Shown: positions 1-7,181, numbered from the stretch's first letter. The stretch: 43,206 nt of DNA from a virus (IMGVR_UViG_3300033153_003239:1-43206); one strand, 5' to 3'. Notes: generated by a model from the sequence alone, not told the origin. Numbers and translations are program-made.

Positions 1-234
1 TTTGGTAGCCCTTAACTATTTGGTCGCCCTCAACTATTTGGTCGCCCTTAACTATTTGGTAGCCCTTAACTCTTTGGTCGCCCTTAACTATTTGGTAGCC
101 CTCAACTCTTTGGTCGCCCTCAACTCTTTGGTAGCCCTCAACTCTTTGGTAGCCCTCAACTATTTGGTAGCCCTCAACTCTTTGGTCGCCCTCAACTCTT
201 TGGTCGCCCTTAACTATTTGGTCGCCCTCAACTA
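1..234. repeat. Tandem 18-bp repeat array, 13 units of TTTGGT[A/C]GCCCT[T/C]AACT[A/C]; continuation of the array at 42708-43206
   Basis: Read directly. The 13 head-to-tail 18-mers are identical except at unit positions 7, 13 and 18, each with two alleles. Confidence 0.97.
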
Positions 235-349
235 TTAGATTAATTTTAATTATTGCATTTCCATTTATTATTAAATTTCCACTAAATTCAAACCAATAAC
301 CTTTATTTACAACACCCTCATAATTTTCATCTATAATTATATCTTTCAT
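1..349 (-). CDS. 5' part of the hexapeptide-repeat protein gene. ATG is at 349-347. The ORF runs off the window start and continues in frame at 43128 once the ends are joined.
   Basis: The initiation region AAGGATAAAAAGATG is the reverse complement of 347-361. Translation gives MKDIIIDENYEGVVNKGYWFEFSGNLIINGNAIIKINL followed by 13 x [I/R]V[K/E]G[D/Y]Q. There is a 4-nt gap to the upstream minus gene. The ORF is missing from the track because it is open at the window edge. Confidence 0.75.
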   Translation of the reverse strand, partial: MKDIIIDENYEGVVNKGYWFEFSGNLIINGNAIIKINLIVEGDQIVKGDQRVEGDQRVEGYQIVEGYQRVEGYQRVEGDQRVEGYQIVKGDQRVKGYQIVKGDQIVEGDQIVKGYQ

Positions 350-353
350 CTTT

Positions 354-584
354 TTATCCTTCTCTCTTTACATTTTCATAGAACTCAACACGACCCTCTA
401 AATCAGGGAAGTTAAATATGAGGTCTAAATAATTTTGTTTAGTAAAATTTCTCTTACCACCTAACATCTCTCTAGCTACAGCTAGTCTCTCACCAAGTAT
501 TACACGTATCTCTTTTATAGTCAGTTTCTCTATATGTAAGAGATAGTGTATAGTAGCACTTGTACTCATTACCACTTTATTCAT
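354..584 (-). CDS. Small helix-turn-helix DNA-binding protein (76 aa from the MNKVV start)
   Basis: Track ORF 354..641, trimmed to an internal ATG that overlaps the upstream stop by 8 nt. HTH-like segment LTIKEIRVILGERLAVAREML. Confidence 0.6.
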   Translation of the reverse strand: MNKVVMSTSATIHYLLHIEKLTIKEIRVILGERLAVAREMLGGKRNFTKQNYLDLIFNFPDLEGRVEFYENVKREG

Positions 585-891
585 CCAGTAACTCCTTAAA
601 TGTTGTAAATGCTTTTTCACAAAGATTAGCAGTATCAGCACTAAATTCTTTCACATTGTCATAATTAGCATAATTAATAGCTATTTTTAGTTTAGCTACA
701 TGATGGTCTAACTCCTCACAAAACTCTTTGTAAGTTGGCTTCCATTCTTGCCAGTTACCTTTTTCAGCATTAGCTCTCAGTTCATATCGCATTTGATTAA
801 TAAAACTTTCATCAAGAACCGCACCTCTTTTATTTTCTTCAAGTTTTGCAATACTATCATCTACCTGTTTATCTTTTAATGAATCATACAT
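577..891 (-). CDS. Hypothetical helical protein (104 aa)
   Basis: Track ORF in the tightly packed minus operon. A weak EFCE...EFSAD spacing recalls all-alpha NTP pyrophosphohydrolases but is not convincing. Confidence 0.6.
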   Translation of the reverse strand: MYDSLKDKQVDDSIAKLEENKRGAVLDESFINQMRYELRANAEKGNWQEWKPTYKEFCEELDHHVAKLKIAINYANYDNVKEFSADTANLCEKAFTTFKELLDE

Positions 892-1079
892 TACTGCTCC
901 TCAATTCTTAGCAATCTTATGTGAGGTTTCATTTTATTAATATCTTCTTGTTCCATAATTATTGAAAAAGTACTGTACCATTTACCATCTTTGTTTAATA
1001 CAGCCATAGTATCAGCACCATTGTATAATATATCCCCAACTTTGTTAGGCTCATCCAGTTTTAATTTAATTAATTTCAT
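891..1079 (-). CDS. Hypothetical protein (62 aa)
   Basis: Track ORF with start/stop overlaps to both neighbours. Confidence 0.6.
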   Translation of the reverse strand: MKLIKLKLDEPNKVGDILYNGADTMAVLNKDGKWYSTFSIIMEQEDINKMKPHIRLLRIEEQ

Positions 1080-1465
1080 TTATAATCCTTTAATGCTCTC
1101 TTACATTCACTGCATGGCATACCCGCACCGCCGCAATCGCAACCATTATCACTCGTACCCTCAAAAGGTAAATTTTTATGGGACTCACAGACCCATCCCG
1201 TTGAATCACAAGTTTTACAATAAGGCTCATCTTCCTCCCAAAAATCAATCTGCCAAAATATTTTCTCATCTTTTAAATAGTTCGCTAACAAGTCCGGTCT
1301 ATCTGTACACCATAGCCCAGCAGTGTAGTGCGAATAATGTTCTAAATCTTTAAGTTGCTTAATCGCCTCTTGTAATTCTTCATATTCTAAATCAGCTATA
1401 TTCTCTAAGAGAACTTTTCCATAAGCTTCTAATATTGTTATACCTTTTAATTCATGAATACCCAT
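1076..1465 (-). CDS. Hypothetical protein with a Cys-rich (zinc-binding-like) C-terminus
   Basis: Track ORF. The C-terminus reads CKTCDSTGWVCESH...CDCGGAGMPCSEC. Confidence 0.65.
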   Translation of the reverse strand: MGIHELKGITILEAYGKVLLENIADLEYEELQEAIKQLKDLEHYSHYTAGLWCTDRPDLLANYLKDEKIFWQIDFWEEDEPYCKTCDSTGWVCESHKNLPFEGTSDNGCDCGGAGMPCSECKRALKDYK

Positions 1466-1466
1466 C

Positions 1467-1616
1467 TTATAGTCCTTTTATGTAATTAATTATTCGAGTT
1501 TCTTCTTTGTCTAATTCTTGCCAATCTTTAGATAGAAAATTAACATGTTTTAATCTAGTTTTCACATCAACTAATGCCATTTGTGCTTGTATGTATTCTT
1601 TTGATAGTGTTCTCAT
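1467..1616 (-). CDS. Small hypothetical protein (49 aa), below the track cutoff
   Basis: Hand translation: MRTLSKEYIQAQMALVDVKTRLKHVNFLSKDWQELDKEETRIINYIKGL. TAATG overlap with the upstream ORF and TAAGATG junction with the downstream ORF. Confidence 0.55.
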   Translation of the reverse strand: MRTLSKEYIQAQMALVDVKTRLKHVNFLSKDWQELDKEETRIINYIKGL

Positions 1617-1822
1617 TATATATCCTTTCTTTCTCTAGAGTCTGAAAAATCAAGTAGTACTGAATTCTTTGAACCTTTAGCCGTTACTGAAATTGATGTT
1701 TCGTTTATCTGTATTGCCTCGTCAACCGTTGCATAATAAGGTTCATTTTCTCCATTTGGGACATAATGAACTTGACTATGAAAGTTATCGCCCTTTTTTC
1801 TATATAATCTATATTCTCTCAT
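1616..1822 (-). CDS. Hypothetical protein (68 aa from the MREYRLY start)
   Basis: Track ORF 1616..1861, trimmed to an ATG preceded by AGGAAAAAG. Confidence 0.55.
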   Translation of the reverse strand: MREYRLYRKKGDNFHSQVHYVPNGENEPYYATVDEAIQINETSISVTAKGSKNSVLLDFSDSRERKDI

Positions 1823-2066
1823 CTTCTTTTTCCTCCATATATTTATTAAATCTCTCAACAAAACTTTCTTGTCTCTGATGTTTAGGTATCAGCAGTCTTT
1901 TTCTCTCAGCTTGTGCATCATTCCTACACTTTATACATTTAGCATAAGGTCCACCACTTGTCATTAGTGAGAAATTAACTTCATCTTGAAAACAACCACA
2001 CCCAGAACACGACCAATCTTTAGGTACGCCCTTATTAGCTTTTTCCTTAAAAGGTCTACCAGCCAT
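1809..2066 (-). CDS. Zinc-finger-like small protein (85 aa)
   Basis: Track ORF. Cys pairs CSGCGC ... CIKC. Confidence 0.6.
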   Translation of the reverse strand: MAGRPFKEKANKGVPKDWSCSGCGCFQDEVNFSLMTSGGPYAKCIKCRNDAQAERKRLLIPKHQRQESFVERFNKYMEEKEDERI

Positions 2067-2137
2067 TACGACTCACGCTTTTCTTTGTTCTTATTACGCT
2101 TACGTCTTTTAAGTCTTAATTGATTTTTACTAGCCAT
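2066..2137 (-). CDS. Micro-ORF, 23 aa, highly basic (MASKNQLRLKRRKRNKNKEKRES)
   Basis: Hand translation. TAATG overlap with the downstream ORF. Confidence 0.4.
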   Translation of the reverse strand: MASKNQLRLKRRKRNKNKEKRES

Positions 2138-2138
2138 C

Positions 2139-2225
2139 TTATATTCCTTTTACTATTGCTGTTACTATCAATCCCACTATTAATAAAATAGTCACCACTT
2201 GGTCTAAGTTAAATTTATTTTTCAT
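2139..2225 (-). CDS. Micro-ORF, 28 aa, single hydrophobic helix (MKNKFNLDQVVTILLIVGLIVTAIVKGI)
   Basis: Hand translation. TAAGATG junctions on both sides. Confidence 0.45.
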   Translation of the reverse strand: MKNKFNLDQVVTILLIVGLIVTAIVKGI

Positions 2226-2226
2226 C

Positions 2227-2298
2227 TTAATCTCCTACTATTAAATCTGCTATACCATATATAAGCATGGCTCCAACTAGTATGTAGCACCATATCAT
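2227..2298 (-). CDS. Micro-ORF, 23 aa, hydrophobic (MIWCYILVGAMLIYGIADLIVGD)
   Basis: Hand translation. ATGA overlap with the upstream micro-ORF. Confidence 0.45.
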   Translation of the reverse strand: MIWCYILVGAMLIYGIADLIVGD

Positions 2299-2447
2299 AA
2301 CGCTACTCCTACCATAACCCCTACAACAAATACTAATGGTGCTGTTAATATAAATACTATTATCTTACAGTATTGTAAGTCTTTATTAGACTCAACCTCT
2401 TTTGTTCCTTCTAATTTTTTTATAACCGGATTATCTTTGTGTATCAT
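2295..2447 (-). CDS. Micro-ORF, 50 aa, C-terminal transmembrane helix (…KIIVFILTAPLVFVVGVMVGVAL)
   Basis: Hand translation with ATGA coupling. Confidence 0.5.
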   Translation of the reverse strand: MIHKDNPVIKKLEGTKEVESNKDLQYCKIIVFILTAPLVFVVGVMVGVAL

Positions 2448-2457
2448 TATTTATCCT

Positions 2458-2580
2458 TTAACCGTGTTCTAACCACATCATTATAAAAGCTCCAATTATA
2501 CAAATAATCCAAGTTGATTTATATTTCAGTGGTCTAAAGTATTGTTTTGTTCTGTCTATGAAAAATTCTTTAAAGGTCAT
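2458..2580 (-). CDS. Micro-ORF, 40 aa, C-terminal transmembrane helix (…STWIICIIGAFIMMWLEHG)
   Basis: Hand translation. ATGA overlap with the upstream ORF. Confidence 0.5.
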   Translation of the reverse strand: MTFKEFFIDRTKQYFRPLKYKSTWIICIIGAFIMMWLEHG

Positions 2581-2753
2581 CTTAAATATCTCCAATCTAT
2601 AGTAATCTCAATATTGTACTGAGATAGTAATTTTAACTTTGCAGTTACATAGCCCATCTTGTCAACCATAAATCTAACTAAAGCTATAACATCTTTAACA
2701 TTATTAGCTTTGTTGTATCTTTTGATTTGAATACTCATATCTTCAGAACTCAT
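2577..2753 (-). CDS. Small hypothetical soluble protein (58 aa)
   Basis: Hand translation: MSSEDMSIQIKRYNKANNVKDVIALVRFMVDKMGYVTAKLKLLSQYNIEITIDWRYLR. An AGGAG-like GGAGTAAG lies upstream. Confidence 0.5.
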   Translation of the reverse strand: MSSEDMSIQIKRYNKANNVKDVIALVRFMVDKMGYVTAKLKLLSQYNIEITIDWRYLR

Positions 2754-2763
2754 AACTTACTCC

Positions 2764-2868
2764 TTAAAATATTTTCTCGTCCCAACCATTTTTAAAAGCT
2801 AGATATAATCCAGCTCCTATTAATAGTGTAAAACCTATCGCTAAAGCGATATTTAGTATTTGCTCCAT
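2764..2868 (-). CDS. Micro-ORF, 34 aa, single transmembrane helix (MEQILNIALAIGFTLLIGAGLYLAFKNGWDEKIF)
   Basis: Hand translation. TAATG overlap with ORF 2868..3164. Confidence 0.5.
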   Translation of the reverse strand: MEQILNIALAIGFTLLIGAGLYLAFKNGWDEKIF

Positions 2869-3164
2869 TATAAATCCTCTTTGATTATAGCTCTACCATC
2901 AGCTATTCTAGTCCTAAGCTCCGCGACTCCATAACCTAGAAACTCATTTCTATATTTACCTGTAGTTTTGCTATAATCCCAATCACTACCAAGATATATA
3001 ATGTTCTCATCATATGGTTTAAACGCTATATTGCTGTTGTAGCTTCTAAACATCACTCCATAATTAGTATATATAATAAATTGATTTGGCACATCATTAC
3101 CTCTACTACTAGTCATGTTTTCTACTCTCATATTTGCTTTTAAAGCTCTAGTTATAGCTTTCAT
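2868..3164 (-). CDS. Hypothetical protein (98 aa)
   Basis: Track ORF, tightly coupled to its neighbours. Confidence 0.7.
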   Translation of the reverse strand: MKAITRALKANMRVENMTSSRGNDVPNQFIIYTNYGVMFRSYNSNIAFKPYDENIIYLGSDWDYSKTTGKYRNEFLGYGVAELRTRIADGRAIIKEDL

Positions 3165-3165
3165 C

Positions 3166-3450
3166 TCATTCTCCTATTTTACCAGTTTGTAATATGCTAA
3201 ACATATCTTTTCTCATAGTGCTGTTAGTAGTATAACCTTTTACTACAAAAGTTCTATCATTACACATGTTAGACAATCTCTCATGTAGAGTTGTAGCATT
3301 ACCTTCAACCATAACACTACCATACCATTCTTCAACCATATGTGTGAAAAGCATAGCCCTCCAAGACTTTAAACCCGTTTGATGTACTAAGTACCATCTT
3401 CCATGGTCACTCGATACCAAGTAACTTTTACCTTTTATAAACTTTGCCAT
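3166..3450 (-). CDS. Hypothetical protein (94 aa)
   Basis: Track ORF with 1-nt spacers to its neighbours. Confidence 0.7.
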   Translation of the reverse strand: MAKFIKGKSYLVSSDHGRWYLVHQTGLKSWRAMLFTHMVEEWYGSVMVEGNATTLHERLSNMCNDRTFVVKGYTTNSTMRKDMFSILQTGKIGE

Positions 3451-3451
3451 T

Positions 3452-4300
3452 TTAAACTCCTTGTTTAAATAATTTTTCTTCTAGCTCATTAATACTGCTA
3501 CTCTCACTTAGTTTTACGTGATTAGCTAAAATCATACTTGCACCTACTTCAGAGGCACCACCAGATAAAGTTTCTCTAATTTTAAAAGCACCTCTTCTAA
3601 CGTAAGTTGGAGACAACACACTACTTAATTTTTTATAGTTAATAGGTTCATCGTAATCTTTAACTACAAATGAAGTAACCAACATCTCTCTACTTCTGTT
3701 TTCACCCCATCTCTCAACACCATTAGTTATTCTAACCTTAACTTCTATCCCGTGGTTTTCAAGTATAGCTATCATACCACACAATCTTCCACCGTTTTTT
3801 TGGATAATTTCAAATTCACCATCACATCTAAAACCACCATCGATATTGATTTCGATACGCAATACTTCTTCTGACTCAGGTTCAGGTTCTAACCATGTTT
3901 CAGGTACACCCGTTAACACTAATCCAACATCAAAGAATTGACCCGTAACATCAAAGCGGTAGTTAGTTAACACCTCTTTGTATTTTGTTTCAAACTCTTT
4001 TATAGATGCTTTTGTTGTATCACGAATTAACTTTATAACTTGTTCATCTCCATTTTCGAGTAACTCAAGATACTCCTCAAATGTATCTGACCCAGCCCAA
4101 CCGCTAGTGTCAATATTTTGTGATGGACAATTGTTAAAGTTAACACCGTTATTCATAAACTTTTTTAAATTAGATAGTGAACCAATGTCAATAATTCTAA
4201 CTCGATTAGTTCTCTCAGGTATAACACACCAATCAGGCATATTGCTCAATGTTTTAAACGGTAATATGTCACCACTTTTATTGCTTAAAATTTCAGTCAT
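3452..4300 (-). CDS. Hypothetical 282-aa protein, probable partner of the upstream AAA+ ATPase
   Basis: Track ORF immediately downstream of the ATPase gene (10-nt gap). No motif recognised, and no DxSxS MIDAS motif. Confidence 0.75.
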   Translation of the reverse strand: MTEILSNKSGDILPFKTLSNMPDWCVIPERTNRVRIIDIGSLSNLKKFMNNGVNFNNCPSQNIDTSGWAGSDTFEEYLELLENGDEQVIKLIRDTTKASIKEFETKYKEVLTNYRFDVTGQFFDVGLVLTGVPETWLEPEPESEEVLRIEINIDGGFRCDGEFEIIQKNGGRLCGMIAILENHGIEVKVRITNGVERWGENRSREMLVTSFVVKDYDEPINYKKLSSVLSPTYVRRGAFKIRETLSGGASEVGASMILANHVKLSESSSINELEEKLFKQGV

Positions 4301-4310
4301 AACTTATCCC

Positions 4311-5351
4311 TTACCACTCAAATTCTTCAGCTTCTTCAGCTTCAGACTCTTCTTTAACTACCTCAGCTTCTTTTTCAACAACTTCTTTTATAGCTTCATC
4401 TAAACCTTTTTTAGTAGCTTTAGCTCCACCACCTTTTACAGCAGTTGACTTCATATTAGCAGTAATACCTTTTAATAAAGTCTTTGCTTCATCTTCACCC
4501 ATAGCTTTAATAATAACCATATTAATTACACTATCAATAGGAATACCAGCTTTTAAAAGTTTAGCACCATCATAGCTAGAACGTGGAGTAACAGTTACAC
4601 CCTCTAAATTATTCTCAGCAGTTTCACGACACTTGCGAACAATAGCTAACCAACCATCATTATTAGTTATTTTTTGCTCTAGCTCTTCATCAAGCTTCCA
4701 CTCAATAACAACAAATCTATCAATCGTTGCAGCATCAAGTTTATTTCTAGCAGTAAAACCATCTTTAGCACCGCGTAAATTAGTGTTAGCAGTTCCAACA
4801 AATCTAAAGTTGTCATGTGCATTTATTATTTTATTATCTGGAGTTTCTATAAACCCATTACTAATAGCACTATTTAATAATACCAATACGTTAGCACTAC
4901 ACGCATCCATCTCGTCAGCTAAGAATATCTTGCCATTCTCAAACGCGTCAACAAAACCACTTTTACGATAGATACCATTTGCATCAACAAAACCTAATAA
5001 ATCTGTTTTTGTTGTTTGATTACTAAACGATATACTTGCAAAGTCTAATTTGTATGCTTCTGCTATTTGCTCAACCGCTGTTGATTTTGCTAGACCTGCA
5101 CCACCTGTTAACAATACGTTAAGACCCTTAACAGCAGTAATTTTTAGCAGTGTCTCAAATTGCATGTGAACTAAAGGAAATTTACGCCCTTCGCCCTTCT
5201 CACCTTCAAGCTTAACTGTTAATATCTTACTTACTTTTTCAGCAACACCGGCTAACATATCTTTAATTTGACCTTCTACGTCAAACGCTTCCATTTTTTT
5301 ATCTATCGCGGAGTTAATAACTCCGCTTAAATCTAATTGCAATCCGTCCAT
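4311..5351 (-). CDS. AAA+ ATPase, MoxR/CobS-like (AAA_5 type), acidic C-terminal tail
   Basis: Walker A is GGAGLAKS. Walker B is KIFLADEMDA. Size is 346 aa. The tail reads EESEAEEAEEFEW. Confidence 0.8.
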   Translation of the reverse strand: MDGLQLDLSGVINSAIDKKMEAFDVEGQIKDMLAGVAEKVSKILTVKLEGEKGEGRKFPLVHMQFETLLKITAVKGLNVLLTGGAGLAKSTAVEQIAEAYKLDFASISFSNQTTKTDLLGFVDANGIYRKSGFVDAFENGKIFLADEMDACSANVLVLLNSAISNGFIETPDNKIINAHDNFRFVGTANTNLRGAKDGFTARNKLDAATIDRFVVIEWKLDEELEQKITNNDGWLAIVRKCRETAENNLEGVTVTPRSSYDGAKLLKAGIPIDSVINMVIIKAMGEDEAKTLLKGITANMKSTAVKGGGAKATKKGLDEAIKEVVEKEAEVVKEESEAEEAEEFEW

Positions 5352-5355
5352 CTTT

Positions 5356-5493
5356 TTATCCTTTTATATTTATTGTACTTGGTACTATAAAGTAACAAAA
5401 TAATCTTTTTACTTTAGCCAATAGTTTAAGCTCACCATAATTTCCATAAGCAACTGTTTTTCCATTTGCATTAGTTAATTCAAACGTATTCAT
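5356..5493 (-). CDS. Small hypothetical protein (45 aa)
   Basis: Hand translation: MNTFELTNANGKTVAYGNYGELKLLAKVKRLFCYFIVPSTINIKG. AAAGAGG Shine-Dalgarno upstream. Confidence 0.45.
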   Translation of the reverse strand: MNTFELTNANGKTVAYGNYGELKLLAKVKRLFCYFIVPSTINIKG

Positions 5494-5914
5494 TTTTTTA
5501 TACCTCTTTAAACATAAGACAATTTTGTAAAACTCCCATAGCTCACAACTTATGCTTAATAAAGATATATAGATACACGTATAGTTTTTCTCTATACTAA
5601 GCGGTATTTAATCCGCAATTACTTAAAAGTTACATCCATTTTGCATTATGTACGCGCTTCGTACTATTAATTATATGAAGTATCTATTTCTAAAATGGAA
5701 CGGTTTTTTCCGCTAATCACTTTTAAGATTTTTGACAGTAGGTAATTTAATTTTTTCATTAAGTTTTAGCTCTTAACAACACGTTAAGAAACTGGACCGT
5801 ATCTATAATCATTATGGTGGACGATTAAAACAATACTACAATTTGTTAATATACTCTAAACGCTTATTAGTTGTTATGGTAGACAACTAAATACTAAACG
5901 CTTATTAATACATT

Positions 5915-5938
5915 AACAAGCTGTTAAGCTTGTTTTTT
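5915..5938 (+). terminator. Intrinsic-terminator-like hairpin (8-bp stem AACAAGCT/AGCTTGTT, 4-nt loop) followed by a T-run on the plus strand
   Basis: Read directly. The stop codon of minus ORF 5924..6481 lies in the loop. The U-tract exists only in the plus orientation. Confidence 0.5.
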
Positions 5939-6481
5939 GCCTTCTTTTATTTTTCTATCTTTTATTATTTTCGCCACTTGTAAAATAGTTTCTATCTCTT
6001 CTATAGTTTTACCGCTTAAATGTTCAGTTAACTTTTCGTTATCGCTCAACACTTTAGAATTAATCGCATGTTTACATGTTTTAACAATTGCTTTTAAATT
6101 TTTATTATATTCTTCTTTATCCGCGTTAATACATGTCTTTAAGTCTTTGTTTGTTACTTCATATAAGAATACGTCACGCGCATTTTCATAACTTACAAGT
6201 TCATGTTTAATAACGCTATTCCCTAAACTATTCTCAATCACACTAAGCACGTTTAAAATACTTGTTTTCTCTGTTGACTCGTTCAGCTCTTCAAATACAT
6301 CTGTTAAGAACTCGCCATAATTAGCCGTGTCTTTAATTTGCATGTATTCCGCTATGATATCGTTTAAAGTGTTATGGAATAATATTTCACGTTGAGAAGT
6401 TTTAGCGCTATTAGTAAGCGCAACGTCATTAATTAATGTTTCTAAAACAGTTACGTTTTGAATGATGTTTAGTAAGTTCAT
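5924..6481 (-). CDS. Hypothetical acidic helical protein (185 aa), isolated between two long non-coding regions
   Basis: Track ORF. AAAGG Shine-Dalgarno upstream. Flanked by about 430 bp and about 1050 bp without ORFs. Confidence 0.7.
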   Translation of the reverse strand: MNLLNIIQNVTVLETLINDVALTNSAKTSQREILFHNTLNDIIAEYMQIKDTANYGEFLTDVFEELNESTEKTSILNVLSVIENSLGNSVIKHELVSYENARDVFLYEVTNKDLKTCINADKEEYNKNLKAIVKTCKHAINSKVLSDNEKLTEHLSGKTIEEIETILQVAKIIKDRKIKEGKKQA

Positions 6482-6563
6482 AATAAAACCTTTAATTTTA
6501 TAGTGTTGTTTTCACGTTTTAAAGTTGCTTAACGTCTCATGGACAGTGAAAGTATGCTATAGA

Positions 6564-6596
6564 AAAGTAAACAGAAAGTAAACAGAGTGTAAACGA
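6564..6596. repeat. Three tandem 11-bp units (AAAGTAAACAG x2, AGTGTAAACGA)
   Basis: Read directly. Confidence 0.85.
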
Positions 6597-6727
6597 ACAC
6601 CTCTAAAACCTCGTAGCGTTGGGAGCTGTAGCGAATTGTCAAATTTGTAGAAATAAAAACGTTTTGTAAATATTCTTATAAAAACATGTACAAATTTAGC
6701 TATAAAGTGACAGCAGTGAGACAAAAT

Positions 6728-6876
6728 AGTTTTGCTTTAATACTTTTTATTTATTATTTTTTATGGAGTGGGCGCGTTCAGCTGTTGAGTGTTGTAACGT
6801 TGAGCCGTTGAGCTGTTGATAATAGAGTGTAAAAGTTTTGCTTTAATATTATTTATTTTCTTTTTTATTTATAGTA
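6728..6876. repeat. Two copies of a ~45-bp AT-rich direct repeat. Each starts AGTTTTGCTTTAATA (6728-6742 and 6834-6848) and is followed by a T/A-rich tract.
   Basis: Read directly. Exact 15-mers lie 106 bp apart, and the trailing AT-rich tracts are similar. Confidence 0.8.
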
Positions 6877-6924
6877 CAGCGTTGAGCTGTTGAGTAATAA
6901 TAGTATAGCGTTGAGCTGTTGAGT
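6774..6924. repeat. Iteron family GCGTT(G/C)AGCTGTTGAG. There are exact 18-mers AGCGTTGAGCTGTTGAGT at 6878-6895 and 6907-6924, with degenerate copies at 6774-6789, 6798-6819 and 6993-7009.
   Basis: Read directly. Confidence 0.85.
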
Positions 6925-6943
6925 GAGTAGGTGTAAGCTTAAA

Positions 6944-7181
6944 GTTATTCACATTCAGCTTAGATTTATGTGAATAACCTATAATCATGCGTGAGCGTTG
7001 TAAGCTGTAATCCTCTTAGTTCTCCTATTATAGGGCTTCATCGACCTTGCATTTATGTAGACAAGTCCACTCGCTTTGGCTCGTGTCCTTTGGAATAACA
7101 TGTGAATAACTATCACTTATTCACATTAAACTGTTAGTTATTCATATTAGCTATAAACTATGTGAATAACATGTGAATAAC
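6944..7181. promoter_or_regulatory. Cluster of seven DnaA-box-like 11-mers ATGTGAATAAC / GTTATTCACAT
   Basis: Copies lie at 6944-6954(rc), 6968-6978, 7100-7110, 7116-7126(rc, first base differs), 7137-7147(rc, CATAT variant), 7160-7170 and 7171-7181. The core TTATTCACA fits TTWTNCACA. Confidence 0.7.

Noticed and set aside
1-78. The 78-nt terminal identity as a true T7-like direct terminal repeat
   Set aside because: It falls inside a tandem array and interrupts a gene. An assembly-closure overlap explains it more simply. Physical ends cannot be deduced here.
2-238. Plus-strand ORF LVALN[Y/S] repeats (also 42724..43017 plus)
   Set aside because: This is a mirror reading of the tandem array. 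It has no unique flanking coding sequence, no ATG or Shine-Dalgarno, and runs opposite to the local operon direction. Two of the three polymorphisms are synonymous in this frame, which I note as a caveat. The minus frame is nevertheless supported by unique N- and C-terminal extensions and translational coupling.
577-891. MazG-like NTP pyrophosphohydrolase call for the 104-aa ORF
   Set aside because: Only an approximate EXXE...EXXXD spacing is present, which is not the canonical EXXE(12-28)EXXD. This is insufficient without a profile search.
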